Source: Candidatus Spechtbacteria bacterium RIFCSPHIGHO2_02_FULL_43_15b (GTDB lineage Bacteria; Patescibacteriota; Minisyncoccia; Spechtbacterales; HO2-43-30). From it: 64,000 nt of DNA. The position numbers were made by a program, and so were the translations under genes. Numbering within the stretch: position 1 is the stretch's first letter; every line of letters starts with the position of its first letter. The stretch is from NCBI GenBank assembly GCA_001819985.1, contig MHOE01000013.1:1088-65087 (forward strand). Reading direction: 5' to 3'. Below, piece after piece: positions 30,714-40,381 of this stretch. Below the pieces are notes generated by a model. That model was given only the letters and a program-made list of their open reading frames with translations, was not told the DNA's origin and did no database searches.

Positions 30714-31994
30714 CTACAAGCTCGGCAAATCTTCGCCGACCCGTTTTACAGATCCCCAATTATCTTTCCGCTTGGCGCTTCGCTCGTTAATTTTGTCCTT
30801 GTATTTCAGCGCCTCTTCATAAAACCACTTTACCTGATCCATTAAAGCGCCTTCGCCGATATCCGTTAAAATAACCGTAACTCCTATGGTATTGGACGAT
30901 CTTCCTGGATAAGTACCCTTTCTTCTTTTCGCGTCGGGCACTTTTTCCGCCAGCACCGAATCCATCATTGATATAATCTCCTCGGTTGCTTCCTCGGCCG
31001 GCCCGCTGAAAAGGCCTATCACGCCGCCCGCATCGTACAATGCCAATCCGGAATCTTTATGTGTGAAATCGCAACCGACAGAAAGTTCGCCTAGGGCCTC
31101 GTCCACCGCATTTCTCGCGCGTTCAATTTGAGCTTGCGTGGCAGAAATATGCCTTGGATTGCCTCTGCCGAATATACCCGCCTTTTCTTTTGGTCTAGGG
31201 GGGACATCTTTGAAGCTCACGCCTATTGCCGTGTGACCTTTAAGAACCCTGATCAAATCGTTCGCGTCCAAAACTTCCCCGATGTAATTTACGCCGGTTT
31301 CCTCTCCCACTGAAAGTATATCCATAAAAGAATCGACGATCCTGCGGTTTATAAGCAAATAGTTTACTTTCATCGAATCGGACTTTCGCACGAATCTCTC
31401 GTTGTCTATTATAAACACCGCGTCCGCTTTTGAATTTTCCAAAACCCTCTTCAAACAAGTCGCCGTGTTTACGACGCTATCCGCGTCATCATAGTCGCTT
31501 CTGAAGGGAAGTACTAGCATCGCGTACACGGGCTTTTTGAATTCGTCCTTAAGCATATCCACTATAACCCCAACGGATCCCGATCCCGTGCCTCCGGCCG
31601 TGCTGGCTATCACAAGAATCGCGTCTGCGCTGTAAACATTTCCGTACTCCCTTATTGTGCCCACTATTTTCTTTGACTCTTTCTTCGCCTGCTCTGCCCC
31701 ATCCTGGTTTACCTTTCCCGCCCCGCGTCCCCGGAAGTTATCGGCCGCTCCAAGCAAAATTGAATGATCCTCGGTTTGGGGAATATTCTCCAGACCGTAC
31801 ATATCGCCCTTTCCGAGGTTAAGCGCAAAAATCCCCTTGATTATGTCGGGATCCTTTTTCCTGATATTGCTTCCTTCCTTGTCGCCTGTAATAATCCTTA
31901 CTTTCCTGTTTTCCCACAGCCAATAAGCCATGCGAGCGAATTCATCGGCTATGTTGCCGCCGCCCTGACCGCATCCTACAATGACAAGTTTCAT
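30714..31994 (-). CDS. Divergent tubulin/FtsZ-superfamily GTPase (CetZ-like)
   Basis: MKLVIVGCGQGGGNIADEF; GRGAGK; STAGGTGSG signature; VLPF; IIDN; T7-like VLDANDL; SD AAGGAGG. Confidence 0.88.
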   Translation of the reverse strand: MKLVIVGCGQGGGNIADEFARMAYWLWENRKVRIITGDKEGSNIRKKDPDIIKGIFALNLGKGDMYGLENIPQTEDHSILLGAADNFRGRGAGKVNQDGAEQAKKESKKIVGTIREYGNVYSADAILVIASTAGGTGSGSVGVIVDMLKDEFKKPVYAMLVLPFRSDYDDADSVVNTATCLKRVLENSKADAVFIIDNERFVRKSDSMKVNYLLINRRIVDSFMDILSVGEETGVNYIGEVLDANDLIRVLKGHTAIGVSFKDVPPRPKEKAGIFGRGNPRHISATQAQIERARNAVDEALGELSVGCDFTHKDSGLALYDAGGVIGLFSGPAEEATEEIISMMDSVLAEKVPDAKRRKGTYPGRSSNTIGVTVILTDIGEGALMDQVKWFYEEALKYKDKINERSAKRKDNWGSVKRVGEDLPSL

Positions 31995-32164
31995 ATATCG
32001 CCTCCTTTGCGAAGCATTTACATTTTCAAGGTGCAAGGATAACCCGTTTGGCTATCGTGCTATTGTTAATCAGTTTTACTTCCGTGTCAATAATTCTTAT
32101 GAGCTAGCGAAAAACAGCAAATCCCGAATCTGAGACAAAATACCTTAGAAAAAATTCGAATTTT

Positions 32165-33367
32165 TTATCTTTCCATCTTAAAATGCTTGACTAGAAGCCA
32201 TAGAGAGACAAAATACAACACCCCCAAATACCACGGAAACGCTTCAATTTCCCAAACTGCGAATGGCATATCCGAACTTATATCTATGACCTTATAGGAA
32301 TAACTTAAAAACAGCCATACTGGCCAAAACAATATCCTTCCGACAGTTTCCGATAGAATACCCGCGATACTCGCTATAAATCCCAATCCCAAAGTCAAGG
32401 AAGTCATCGGAATTATCAAGATATTTGTAAAAATCGACACCAGCGACAATTGCCCGAAATTAGAAATAAGTATCGGCGCAGTGAACAAAACAGACGGCAC
32501 TGTCATTGATATAGTGTTTCTTATGCCAAATAACTGCGGAGTGAATTTCAAATTATCCATAAACCATGATGAAGTCATAGATATTCCAAGCGTAGCAAGA
32601 AATGACAACTGAAATCCCACATCAAATTTCAAAAGCAAGGGGTTTGACATTAGCATCACCGCCGCGGCCAACACCAGCAACCGCCGCGCCTGCGAAAGGC
32701 GTCCCGCTTTTTGCGCGAAAAGAAGTATTCCTCCCATTATCCCGGCTCTCACCGCCGATGGAGGAGCCCCGACCATTATTGTAAAAAGGACTATGAAAGA
32801 GACCGCAAAATAAAACGCGTGATGACGCCACATACCAAGCATTAAACCTAGGCCTATCAGCATATTTGCCAAGATAATAATATTCATCCCCGAAATCGCC
32901 GTTATGTGACGCGTACCCGATCGGTTCAATTTTTCTTTCAAATCACGCGACAGCCGTTCTGTCTCGCCAAGCATAATAGCTCCAAACAAAGAACTTTCAG
33001 GAGGAGAAAGAGCGGAATCCATACTCTTTCTTAAGCTAGTTTTGAAATCGCCTATTTTATTCTCAAGAAAATTTGCCTCGGCGTATTCTTCTTTTGGATT
33101 GGTTCTCTTGTAATAATCAAGTGTGTCTTTTGGAGCATCAAACATCTGATATCTAAAAATCCCCGCCGTAAAAGACAAAAATAAAAACCCGACAATAACC
33201 GCGCTTTTGTTTCTCCGCCAAAATATCGAAATTATCCCCGCTGAAAAAACGAAAAATAACCATACAAAAATCTGCGAAACCAAATACGCCGAGCTTATAA
33301 AAACGCCGGCGATAAAACATAGGCAAATATAAAGAAAAATGCGCGAAGGATGCATTGTAAGATTCAT
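32165..33367 (-). CDS. comEC: ComEC/Rec2 membrane (competence) domain protein
   Basis: GTRHITAISGMNI; PSAVRAGIM; DVGFQLSFLAT. Confidence 0.92.
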   Translation of the reverse strand: MNLTMHPSRIFLYICLCFIAGVFISSAYLVSQIFVWLFFVFSAGIISIFWRRNKSAVIVGFLFLSFTAGIFRYQMFDAPKDTLDYYKRTNPKEEYAEANFLENKIGDFKTSLRKSMDSALSPPESSLFGAIMLGETERLSRDLKEKLNRSGTRHITAISGMNIIILANMLIGLGLMLGMWRHHAFYFAVSFIVLFTIMVGAPPSAVRAGIMGGILLFAQKAGRLSQARRLLVLAAAVMLMSNPLLLKFDVGFQLSFLATLGISMTSSWFMDNLKFTPQLFGIRNTISMTVPSVLFTAPILISNFGQLSLVSIFTNILIIPMTSLTLGLGFIASIAGILSETVGRILFWPVWLFLSYSYKVIDISSDMPFAVWEIEAFPWYLGVLYFVSLWLLVKHFKMER

Positions 33368-33466
33368 ATAGCATTTACTCGCGCATTTACAAGCCCAAAA
33401 ACTTAAAACAGCAAAGATTGGGGTCTTCGCTGTTTTAATATTCGTATCGGTTTAGTCATCTAAAAG

Positions 33467-35761
33467 CTACGCTGTTTTTACTGCCGACGGTTTTGTCGCT
33501 TCTTCTATCTCGCAAACTCCCCCTACGCAAGCAAGCTCTTTCGACCCCTGCGTCGCGTCCTCCTTTTCGTAATAAAGAATCTGCGAAAAATCAACCTTGG
33601 GCATATTGGCCGCCAATTCATTATATCTTTTCTCGTCTATTTCCTCATACGGCGCCATCGCGTAGGCATGATTATTGCGGGGCAAGAATGAAAGCCCCCC
33701 TAGAATATCCCAATTGCCATACAGCCAGTTAGCGGTTGTCAGCCATTCATCTTCTCCCACGGAAATAGTAACGGATGGATTATGCTCCGTATAATTTTCC
33801 TTGACCATTTTCCAATGCTCCAGCTGATCTAACGCGGAAATATCGTCCCTAACTATTGCCACATCCGGGGCCTTAACCGGAAATTCTAAAATGAATGTCG
33901 AGGCGGAAGAAACTAACTGGCCAACTTCCGGATAATATTTTGCCTTTTGGTCTCTCAACATATGAAACAGAGGATCGCTCGCTGAAATTCTTATTCTTCT
34001 TATGTAATACTTCGCGTGCCTTGGATGCATCCCCGAAGAAGCATCCACAAGCTGGGAAACTGTTCCGGACGGCTTAACGCAAGTAACGCATGTGGACGGA
34101 TTTATACCAAATTTCTTAGCGTACTCAAAATTTACTCTCACCGCTTCTTCTTTTATGGCTTGCAGAATTTCCGTATCGCGAACAGCGGGACAATCCCATT
34201 GTCCCGTAAGAGAAACACCGAGAAGCCGCTCTTCTTCGCAATTTTTCTTCCACTCGCTTGAAAGGTAAGGAAAATTCGTAAGCGTTGACTGGTATGTTCC
34301 GAGAATCGAAGCTAATCGCGCCTTTTTAACCAAGGTCTCCTTGGTATCTTCAGCTCGGCACACCACTTCCGACAAATTGCAGAATTCTTTCGATCTCAAC
34401 ACAATCTCCCCGCAAGGGTTCGTGCCTGCCGTGTGCCAGTATTTTCCGAACTTTTTCCACCGCCTTTGCGGAAGCTGATGCTTTAACCCCCCCCTGTTGA
34501 ATATCCCGCGTTCGCCAGTACCGTTTCTCGCCAAAGCAAGCCATTCTTCCACGAACTCGATATTAGAGGGCTTTTTATTGTACGCCGATGAATTGTTTGC
34601 CATTTGGCGATGCGGCTCGAGAAGATAGAACTGCCCCTCTTTGGCGTGACGCATTTCCTGATCGTCTAAATCTGACAAACTTATCATAGCGCTTCTTCTT
34701 ACCCCTCCCATAACAACTACCTCGCCTATTTTGCATAAAATGTCGTGAGCGTCTATGTTCGACAGCCTTTTACCTTGACGAGACAGAATTTTTTTTCGCG
34801 CGAAATTAAGCAGGGAACGCAAGGGCTCCGGACCCGAACTTTGCCCGCCCATTGTTAAAAGCCGCGAACCGGCCGGCCTTATCTCTGAAAAATCGAAGTC
34901 CACATCGCTTCCTTCATACCACGCCTTTAATCCAAGAGTTAATGCGTCTCCCCAGCCCTCTTTGCTGTCTTTAATAATATGCGTCGCAACTTTTTTGTTT
35001 GTTTGAAATTTAATTATAGGAAGCTGTTGGATCGTCTGGCTTTCCACTGAAAATCCGACTCCCGCGCCGCACATTGAAAGATACATCACTTCCGCGAAAT
35101 CCTCGATCTTAGAGGGCGCTATGTACGAACAGTTATACGCGCTCACATTGGTTTTCTTCGCCGCGGGACCGGCAGACCACATTAAACGCATAGAGGGCAT
35201 TACTTTCTGCGTTAATATCGCCTCCTCTATCTCTTTGTACTCGCTCTCCGTCAATTTTTTGCCGAGATTTTCTTTCATAAAATCTACATATCTCGCCACT
35301 GTTTCGATCCAAGTTTCGCGCCTGCCTTGATCGGGAATCCATCTTGAATATGTGCGGTAATATATAAATTCAGAAAGCGCGTTTCTAAAATATTTTTTAC
35401 TCTCTTCCGCCAAGCGCCGAACATTTTTAGGGACAAATTTCCTAGCGGCTCTAACTTTTGCTCTTTCGCTTCGGTATAGTATGTAACCTTTAGCGACTTT
35501 CGCCATACCTTGATTTATCAATGCCTCTTCAACCAAATCCTGTATCTCCTCCACGCCGGGTATATCGCCCTTCTTAAATTTTTTGTTGAGGGATAATACA
35601 ACCCTGTCCGCAACTTTTTTTGCAGTCCTTATATTCTCCTTCCCGTCAACTGCATTTATCGCTTTATTTACGGCATTTACTATTTTAGCAACATCGAAAT
35701 CAACAATATCGCCGCTTCTTTTTTTGACCTTTATTATCTTTGCCCTTAAAATGCTCGGCAT
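33467..35761 (-). CDS. nrdJ: Class II (B12-dependent) ribonucleotide reductase with ATP-cone
   Basis: VKKRSG ATP-cone; YNCSY; GGVRRSA; TNPCGEI; CVKPSGTVS; C-terminal ACVGGVC. Confidence 0.92.
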   Translation of the reverse strand: MPSILRAKIIKVKKRSGDIVDFDVAKIVNAVNKAINAVDGKENIRTAKKVADRVVLSLNKKFKKGDIPGVEEIQDLVEEALINQGMAKVAKGYILYRSERAKVRAARKFVPKNVRRLAEESKKYFRNALSEFIYYRTYSRWIPDQGRRETWIETVARYVDFMKENLGKKLTESEYKEIEEAILTQKVMPSMRLMWSAGPAAKKTNVSAYNCSYIAPSKIEDFAEVMYLSMCGAGVGFSVESQTIQQLPIIKFQTNKKVATHIIKDSKEGWGDALTLGLKAWYEGSDVDFDFSEIRPAGSRLLTMGGQSSGPEPLRSLLNFARKKILSRQGKRLSNIDAHDILCKIGEVVVMGGVRRSAMISLSDLDDQEMRHAKEGQFYLLEPHRQMANNSSAYNKKPSNIEFVEEWLALARNGTGERGIFNRGGLKHQLPQRRWKKFGKYWHTAGTNPCGEIVLRSKEFCNLSEVVCRAEDTKETLVKKARLASILGTYQSTLTNFPYLSSEWKKNCEEERLLGVSLTGQWDCPAVRDTEILQAIKEEAVRVNFEYAKKFGINPSTCVTCVKPSGTVSQLVDASSGMHPRHAKYYIRRIRISASDPLFHMLRDQKAKYYPEVGQLVSSASTFILEFPVKAPDVAIVRDDISALDQLEHWKMVKENYTEHNPSVTISVGEDEWLTTANWLYGNWDILGGLSFLPRNNHAYAMAPYEEIDEKRYNELAANMPKVDFSQILYYEKEDATQGSKELACVGGVCEIEEATKPSAVKTA

Positions 35762-35910
35762 AAGATGTGCTATCCGCGGACAATAAGAGCCCGAATATCT
35801 TCATGCTTCGAGCTCTGCTGGTTATCTACGGATTTTAATTAATTATAACGAACTTTTGCTTTCTGGAAGTTTATTATAGCACATCGAAATTTTGTAAAAT
35901 TTTCAAATTT

Positions 35911-35919
35911 TGTGGATAA
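35911..35919 (-). promoter_or_regulatory. Consensus DnaA box upstream of nrdJ
   Basis: TTATCCACA on the minus strand, about 30 nt upstream of an extended -10 TGCTATAAT (35873-35881). Confidence 0.55.
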
Positions 35920-35936
35920 GTTTATAAAAATAAGAC

Positions 35937-36465
35937 AAAAAAAAGCCACCTTTTATGATGGTAAATGGGCCCCGGGGTGTAGCCTATGATCGCACACTTA
36001 AGTGTACGGAGGCCACGCCCCAGGGGAAATGTCGAACGAGGGCAGACAAGCTACCTTCGTCCGAGTGCTAGACGAGGAGAGAGAGAGGAGAAGTCCCCAA
36101 CCGTCCCCGTCGAGTATTTTATGCCCCTGACGCGATTGCTCGCGCCAGAGACATTTTGGAGAAAGTCCATAAATATTCACAAGGGGGAGGTCACAACTCC
36201 CCCGCCCTGTGAAGCAAGGAAGGGGTTGTGAAGTCCCCCTAACTACCCTCCCTAACCTCAAAGGATATCGCGCGCCTGGCACAGCCAGAAAAACGCGAGT
36301 AGGGGTCCCTCATAGCTCAGTCCCGGCATCATAAATGCCAGACTGAAAAATCTATGAGGTTTTTCGCCGTGAGGCTACGGAATTTCTCCCTCAAACCCGC
36401 TTTCCAAAAATTTGAAACGGCTTTGAGGCAAAAATCCCTTATTTCAACTTTTCATTTGTCAACGC
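35937..36465 (-). ncRNA. Unidentified large multi-hairpin structured RNA (~530 nt)
   Basis: Consensus promoter, chain of G-U-containing stems, GCAA tetraloop, terminal hairpin plus U8; no credible ORF. Confidence 0.7.
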
Positions 36466-36471
36466 TCCACC

Positions 36472-36500
36472 ATTATATCACTTCTAGCATTTATTGTCAA
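36472..36500 (-). promoter_or_regulatory. Perfect sigma70 promoter TTGACA-N17-TATAAT
   Basis: Plus-strand attata 36472-36477 and tgtcaa 36495-36500. Confidence 0.85.
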
Positions 36501-36665
36501 TAGGTTTGGGGTAATTATTGCTTAAAATGGCTTGTTTAAGCTATTTTTACCCTCACATTTACGCCTTATAACACCATTACTTATCCGTATCCTGGCGTGA
36601 GTATCCGACAATTAAATTTTGCATTTTCAACCTTCGCTGAACACTCAAACAAAACGCAAAACCCT

Positions 36666-37811
36666 TTATCTCATTTTTTTTCTAATGAAAGCCGGTATAT
36701 CCCAGTCCTCGTCTTTATCGCTTTCTTCCTTGCTGTCTTTTTTTTCTGCCATTTTTTCCTCTCTTTTTGGCTGTCTTTCTTCTTCTATTCTTGAATTTGC
36801 CTGAAAACTGTTGTTTTGGGCCGTATCCTCTTTTGGAGCAGTCAATTTCCGGTCCAGTTCGAAAAATCCGGTCGCAATTACCGTAACTTTTATTTCGCCC
36901 TTTTTTAATCTATCGTCTATCACAGCTCCAAAAATAACTTTCGCGTCAGGATGTATAGAATCGGTTATAACTTTCGCCGCCTCGTTTATTTCGTACATAG
37001 TCAAATCGTCAGTTCCGCTAACCGAGAACAGCAAACCTCTCGCTCCATCAACGGACAACTCGAGTAAGGGAGAGTTTATTGCCATTCTTGCCGCCTCTAT
37101 AGCCCGTTCTTCTCCAGTCGCTCTTCCTATGCCCATAAGAGCGGATCCCGCATCGTGCATTATGGCCCTTACATCCGCGAAATCCACATTTACTATGCCT
37201 GGCTTTACCACTAAATCGGAAATGCCCTGAACTGCCTGCCTAAGCACATCGTCAACTATTCCAAATGCCTCCACAAGCGTTGTCTTCCTCTCGATTATAC
37301 TCAATAATCTGTCGTTCGGTATTGTTATCAGCGTATCCACGCGCTCTTTTAGGTTATTTAGGCCCTCTTCCGCTATCCTCGCGCGTTGAGTTCCTTCAAA
37401 AGAAAACGGTTTTGTCACCACGCCTACCGTAAGAGCTCCTGTTTCCCTCGCCACTTCGGCAACCACCGGAGCGGCTCCCGTACCGGTGCCGCCGCCTAAG
37501 CCGCAGGTAACAAAAACCATATCCGCCCCCTTAAGAGCTTCGTGTATATCGTCTTTGTTCTCCTCGGCTGATTGACGGCCAAGATTTGGGTCCATTCCCG
37601 CTCCCAGACCTCTGGTAACATTTTTGCCCACATGGATTTTCAAACTCGCCTTTGCGTGATGAAGGTCTTGAGCATCGGTATTTACGGCAATAAATTCCAC
37701 TCCTTGAATTTTCGCTTCAAACATTCCGGAAATCGCGTTATTGCCGCCTCCGCCGACGCCAACAACTTTTATTTTAGCGAATGTTTCTATATCGGGTTTT
37801 ATGGAAGGCAT
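36666..37811 (-). CDS. ftsZ: Cell division protein FtsZ
   Basis: [10 protein letters not shown]; GGGTGTG; NVDFADV; C-terminal DIPAFIRK. Confidence 0.99.
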   Translation of the reverse strand: MPSIKPDIETFAKIKVVGVGGGGNNAISGMFEAKIQGVEFIAVNTDAQDLHHAKASLKIHVGKNVTRGLGAGMDPNLGRQSAEENKDDIHEALKGADMVFVTCGLGGGTGTGAAPVVAEVARETGALTVGVVTKPFSFEGTQRARIAEEGLNNLKERVDTLITIPNDRLLSIIERKTTLVEAFGIVDDVLRQAVQGISDLVVKPGIVNVDFADVRAIMHDAGSALMGIGRATGEERAIEAARMAINSPLLELSVDGARGLLFSVSGTDDLTMYEINEAAKVITDSIHPDAKVIFGAVIDDRLKKGEIKVTVIATGFFELDRKLTAPKEDTAQNNSFQANSRIEEERQPKREEKMAEKKDSKEESDKDEDWDIPAFIRKKMR

Positions 37812-38004
37812 AGTTTATAATTTTATGCTTATTAACGGTTAGGTTTTGGGACTCGATATTGCGTAAACTCTTATACGCGCGTACACGCGCAATCCTCAAC
37901 TGCTATCCATGCCCAAACCCCAACCTAGTTTATAACATATTATTCTACAAAAAAAGGCACATATATGTCAATGCCTACCTGCAAAAAATCAACATTTAAT
38001 CTAC

Positions 38005-39240
38005 TTAAGGCATAAACGCCTTGAACCATCTCCTTAATTGCCTTACTGAATTATTCAATGAAGGTATTTGCGGAATAAAACCCTCCTTTACTTCATATCT
38101 TAAATCTATGCCCCAAAAAACAAGACCGAGCACAGTCGCGTAAACCGGATCATCGACTCTTTCGACTATACCCTCCACCTCCCTAGGAAATCCTATTTGT
38201 ACGGGCAAACGCATTTTTTGCTTTGCAAAATCAACTATATGCGGAGTTTTTGCTCCTCCTCCCACTAGAACAACTCCACCGGGAAGAAACGCCTCTTTTC
38301 CGATTTTTTTCAGTTCTTTGTTCACGAGATCGAATATCTCTGAAAGTCGGGCTTCAATTATTTCGCAAAGTTCCTTTCTTGAAATGCTTCCGTTCTCCTG
38401 GTTGTCTATGTATGAAAGGTCTATGAAATCTTTTTTTGTGACTTCGGAGGCCAAAGCGGAACCGTACTCCAATTTTATGCTTTCAGCCGCCTCAACCGGA
38501 ATTCTTAAACCTATCGCTATATCGTTTGTTATATGAGCGCCGCCTAGCGGGACTATACTTGTGTGCAAAAGATCGCCCTCTTCATATACGGCTACGCCAG
38601 TAGTACCTCCTCCGATGTCCACGCACACAACGCCTAATTCCTTCTGCCGTTTTGTAAGAACTGCTTTTGAAGCGGCTAAAGTGTCTAAAACCGTGCTTTC
38701 TACTTCTATATCTAAATCATTTAAGCATCTCGACAGATTTCTTGTGTAAGGCGACGCGCCGTTTATTATAAGCGTATTTGCTTCCAATCTCACTCCTTTC
38801 ATTCCCAGGGGGTCTTTTATATTGCCTTCCCCGTCCACAATGAATTCCCGTGGAATCACATGGAGTATTTCCCTGTTGTTGGGCATTGAAAATGTTTGAG
38901 CCGCTCCTATAACGCGGTCAATATCTTCCGCGGAAATTTCCCCGTCCGCCCGCGACACGGCGACAACCCCGCGACTCTGACTCGAAAACGCGTGGCTTCC
39001 TCCTATGCTCACTATCGCTTTTTCTATTTTCACCCCAGCCATCCTCTCTGCCGCCTGAACCGATTCCGAAATACTTTGCATAGCTTCTTCTATATCCACG
39101 ATGACTCCTCGCCTTACCCCGCTTGCCCTAGAGAAACCAATACCAATAATCTGGGGCAAAATGTCCTCCTTTTTTTGAGCAACCACAGTATAAACACTAT
39201 GACTGCCGATATCTATGCCTACAATTATGTTGTTAGCCAC
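38005..39240 (-). CDS. ftsA: Cell division protein FtsA
   Basis: GIDIGS; VDIGGGTT; GGAHITNDIA; C-terminal amphipathic LRRWFKAF. Confidence 0.97.
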   Translation of the reverse strand: MANNIIVGIDIGSHSVYTVVAQKKEDILPQIIGIGFSRASGVRRGVIVDIEEAMQSISESVQAAERMAGVKIEKAIVSIGGSHAFSSQSRGVVAVSRADGEISAEDIDRVIGAAQTFSMPNNREILHVIPREFIVDGEGNIKDPLGMKGVRLEANTLIINGASPYTRNLSRCLNDLDIEVESTVLDTLAASKAVLTKRQKELGVVCVDIGGGTTGVAVYEEGDLLHTSIVPLGGAHITNDIAIGLRIPVEAAESIKLEYGSALASEVTKKDFIDLSYIDNQENGSISRKELCEIIEARLSEIFDLVNKELKKIGKEAFLPGGVVLVGGGAKTPHIVDFAKQKMRLPVQIGFPREVEGIVERVDDPVYATVLGLVFWGIDLRYEVKEGFIPQIPSLNNSVRQLRRWFKAFMP

Positions 39241-39261
39241 GCGAAAAAATGAAAATCGTTA

Positions 39262-39702
39262 TTAAACATTTAATTTTTCCATTATCTCCTCTTCGATTGA
39301 GTGCATAGCCAAGCGTTTCTTCTCGCTGTCTTCGTGATGATGCCCAAGTAAATGAAGCGTGCCGTGTATTATAGTATGAGCAAGTTCTTTCCGGAAAGAA
39401 ACGGAGGATTTCAAAGCGTTATCTTTAACGATTCCCGGACATACAAACACCTCTCCTATAAATCTAACATTTTTTTCGAAATGTGGAAAATTATTACTAA
39501 ACTCAAAAGATAAAACATCCGTGGCTTCGTCTATGCCTTTGCGCGAACGGTTTAATTCTCTCATCCTGATTTCGTTCACAAAAACTACGCTGAAACAAAC
39601 ATCGTCTTTTATCTTCTGACGAGCTAATACGAACTCTATCGCGCGACTAACAAACTTACTGTCTATTATGTATTTTGTCGAATTGAAAATTTCGATGCCC
39701 AC
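39262..39702 (-). CDS. ybeY: rRNA maturation endoribonuclease YbeY
   Basis: TDVLSF; HGTLHLLGHHH. Confidence 0.93.
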   Translation of the reverse strand: MGIEIFNSTKYIIDSKFVSRAIEFVLARQKIKDDVCFSVVFVNEIRMRELNRSRKGIDEATDVLSFEFSNNFPHFEKNVRFIGEVFVCPGIVKDNALKSSVSFRKELAHTIIHGTLHLLGHHHEDSEKKRLAMHSIEEEIMEKLNV

Positions 39703-39704
39703 GA

Positions 39705-39920
39705 TTATTTCACGCGTCCCATTTTTCTTAACTTGCCGTAATGTTCGCGCATTTTTTCACGGTTAAGAGCCGCAACTCTTCGCGCGTTTTTATTGAGAGG
39801 CTTTAAGAAATGCCTTTTCCCCTTTGCCTCTTTCAATATGCCGCTTGCCTGCACGCGCTGAACGAAACGGCGCACAACGCCAGACAAGGCCTCTTGTTCT
39901 TTTCTAATTATGTGAATCAT
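39705..39920 (-). CDS. rpsU: 30S ribosomal protein S21
   Basis: RKEQEALSGVVRRFVQRVQASGILKEAK; HIT-rpsU-ybeY context. Confidence 0.78.
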   Translation of the reverse strand: MIHIIRKEQEALSGVVRRFVQRVQASGILKEAKGKRHFLKPLNKNARRVAALNREKMREHYGKLRKMGRVK

Positions 39921-39991
39921 AAGCAATTTTGATAATCAAAATAAAAATTTCCTGGATAAACATTTTTATTTTTTAGTTTGATTCTTTTGTT

Positions 39992-40309
39992 TTAATTCTT
40001 GCCCCCAAGCAGATGTAAATGTATATGATCTATAATCTGACCGCCCTTGCTTCCAACATTGAACGCAAGTTTATAGCCGTCATCAATTTTATGCTCCTTT
40101 GCTATAATCTTTGCCGAAAAAACCATATCGCCCACAAGCTCGCGATCATCTTCCGTCATATCGTTTATCGTGCCTATATGCTTCTTCGGCACAACTAAAA
40201 TATGCGTAGGCGCTTTTGGGTTGATATCCCGAAACGCGACAACCCTTTCACTTTCAAAAACTATATCCGCGCCCTTCTCTTTTTTCACGATTTGGCAAAA
40301 AATACACAT
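39992..40309 (-). CDS. Histidine triad (HIT) nucleotide-binding protein
   Basis: CIFC; DINPKAPTHILVVPK; HIHLHLLGG. Confidence 0.95.
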   Translation of the reverse strand: MCIFCQIVKKEKGADIVFESERVVAFRDINPKAPTHILVVPKKHIGTINDMTEDDRELVGDMVFSAKIIAKEHKIDDGYKLAFNVGSKGGQIIDHIHLHLLGGKN

Positions 40310-40381
40310 ACGCTGGGAGTTAAATTTTTGACTTTTGATTTTTCCGCCGCGTTGACTGCGGTCTCGACCTTATTCTGGATA

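Noticed and set aside
35986-36282. ORFs of 81 aa (+) and 94 aa (-) in the structured region
   Set aside because: No SD or recognisable motif; explained by the GC-rich stems
35937-36465. RNase P RNA, tmRNA or cobalamin riboswitch as the identity of the large RNA
   Set aside because: Plus-strand gaggagaagtcc resembles the RNase P GAGGAAAGUCC, but the 3' ACAGAA..GGCUUA is missing and both G-U pairs and the promoter point to the minus strand. No tRNA-like T-loop/CCA end and no B12-box (GGGAA...GCCACUG).
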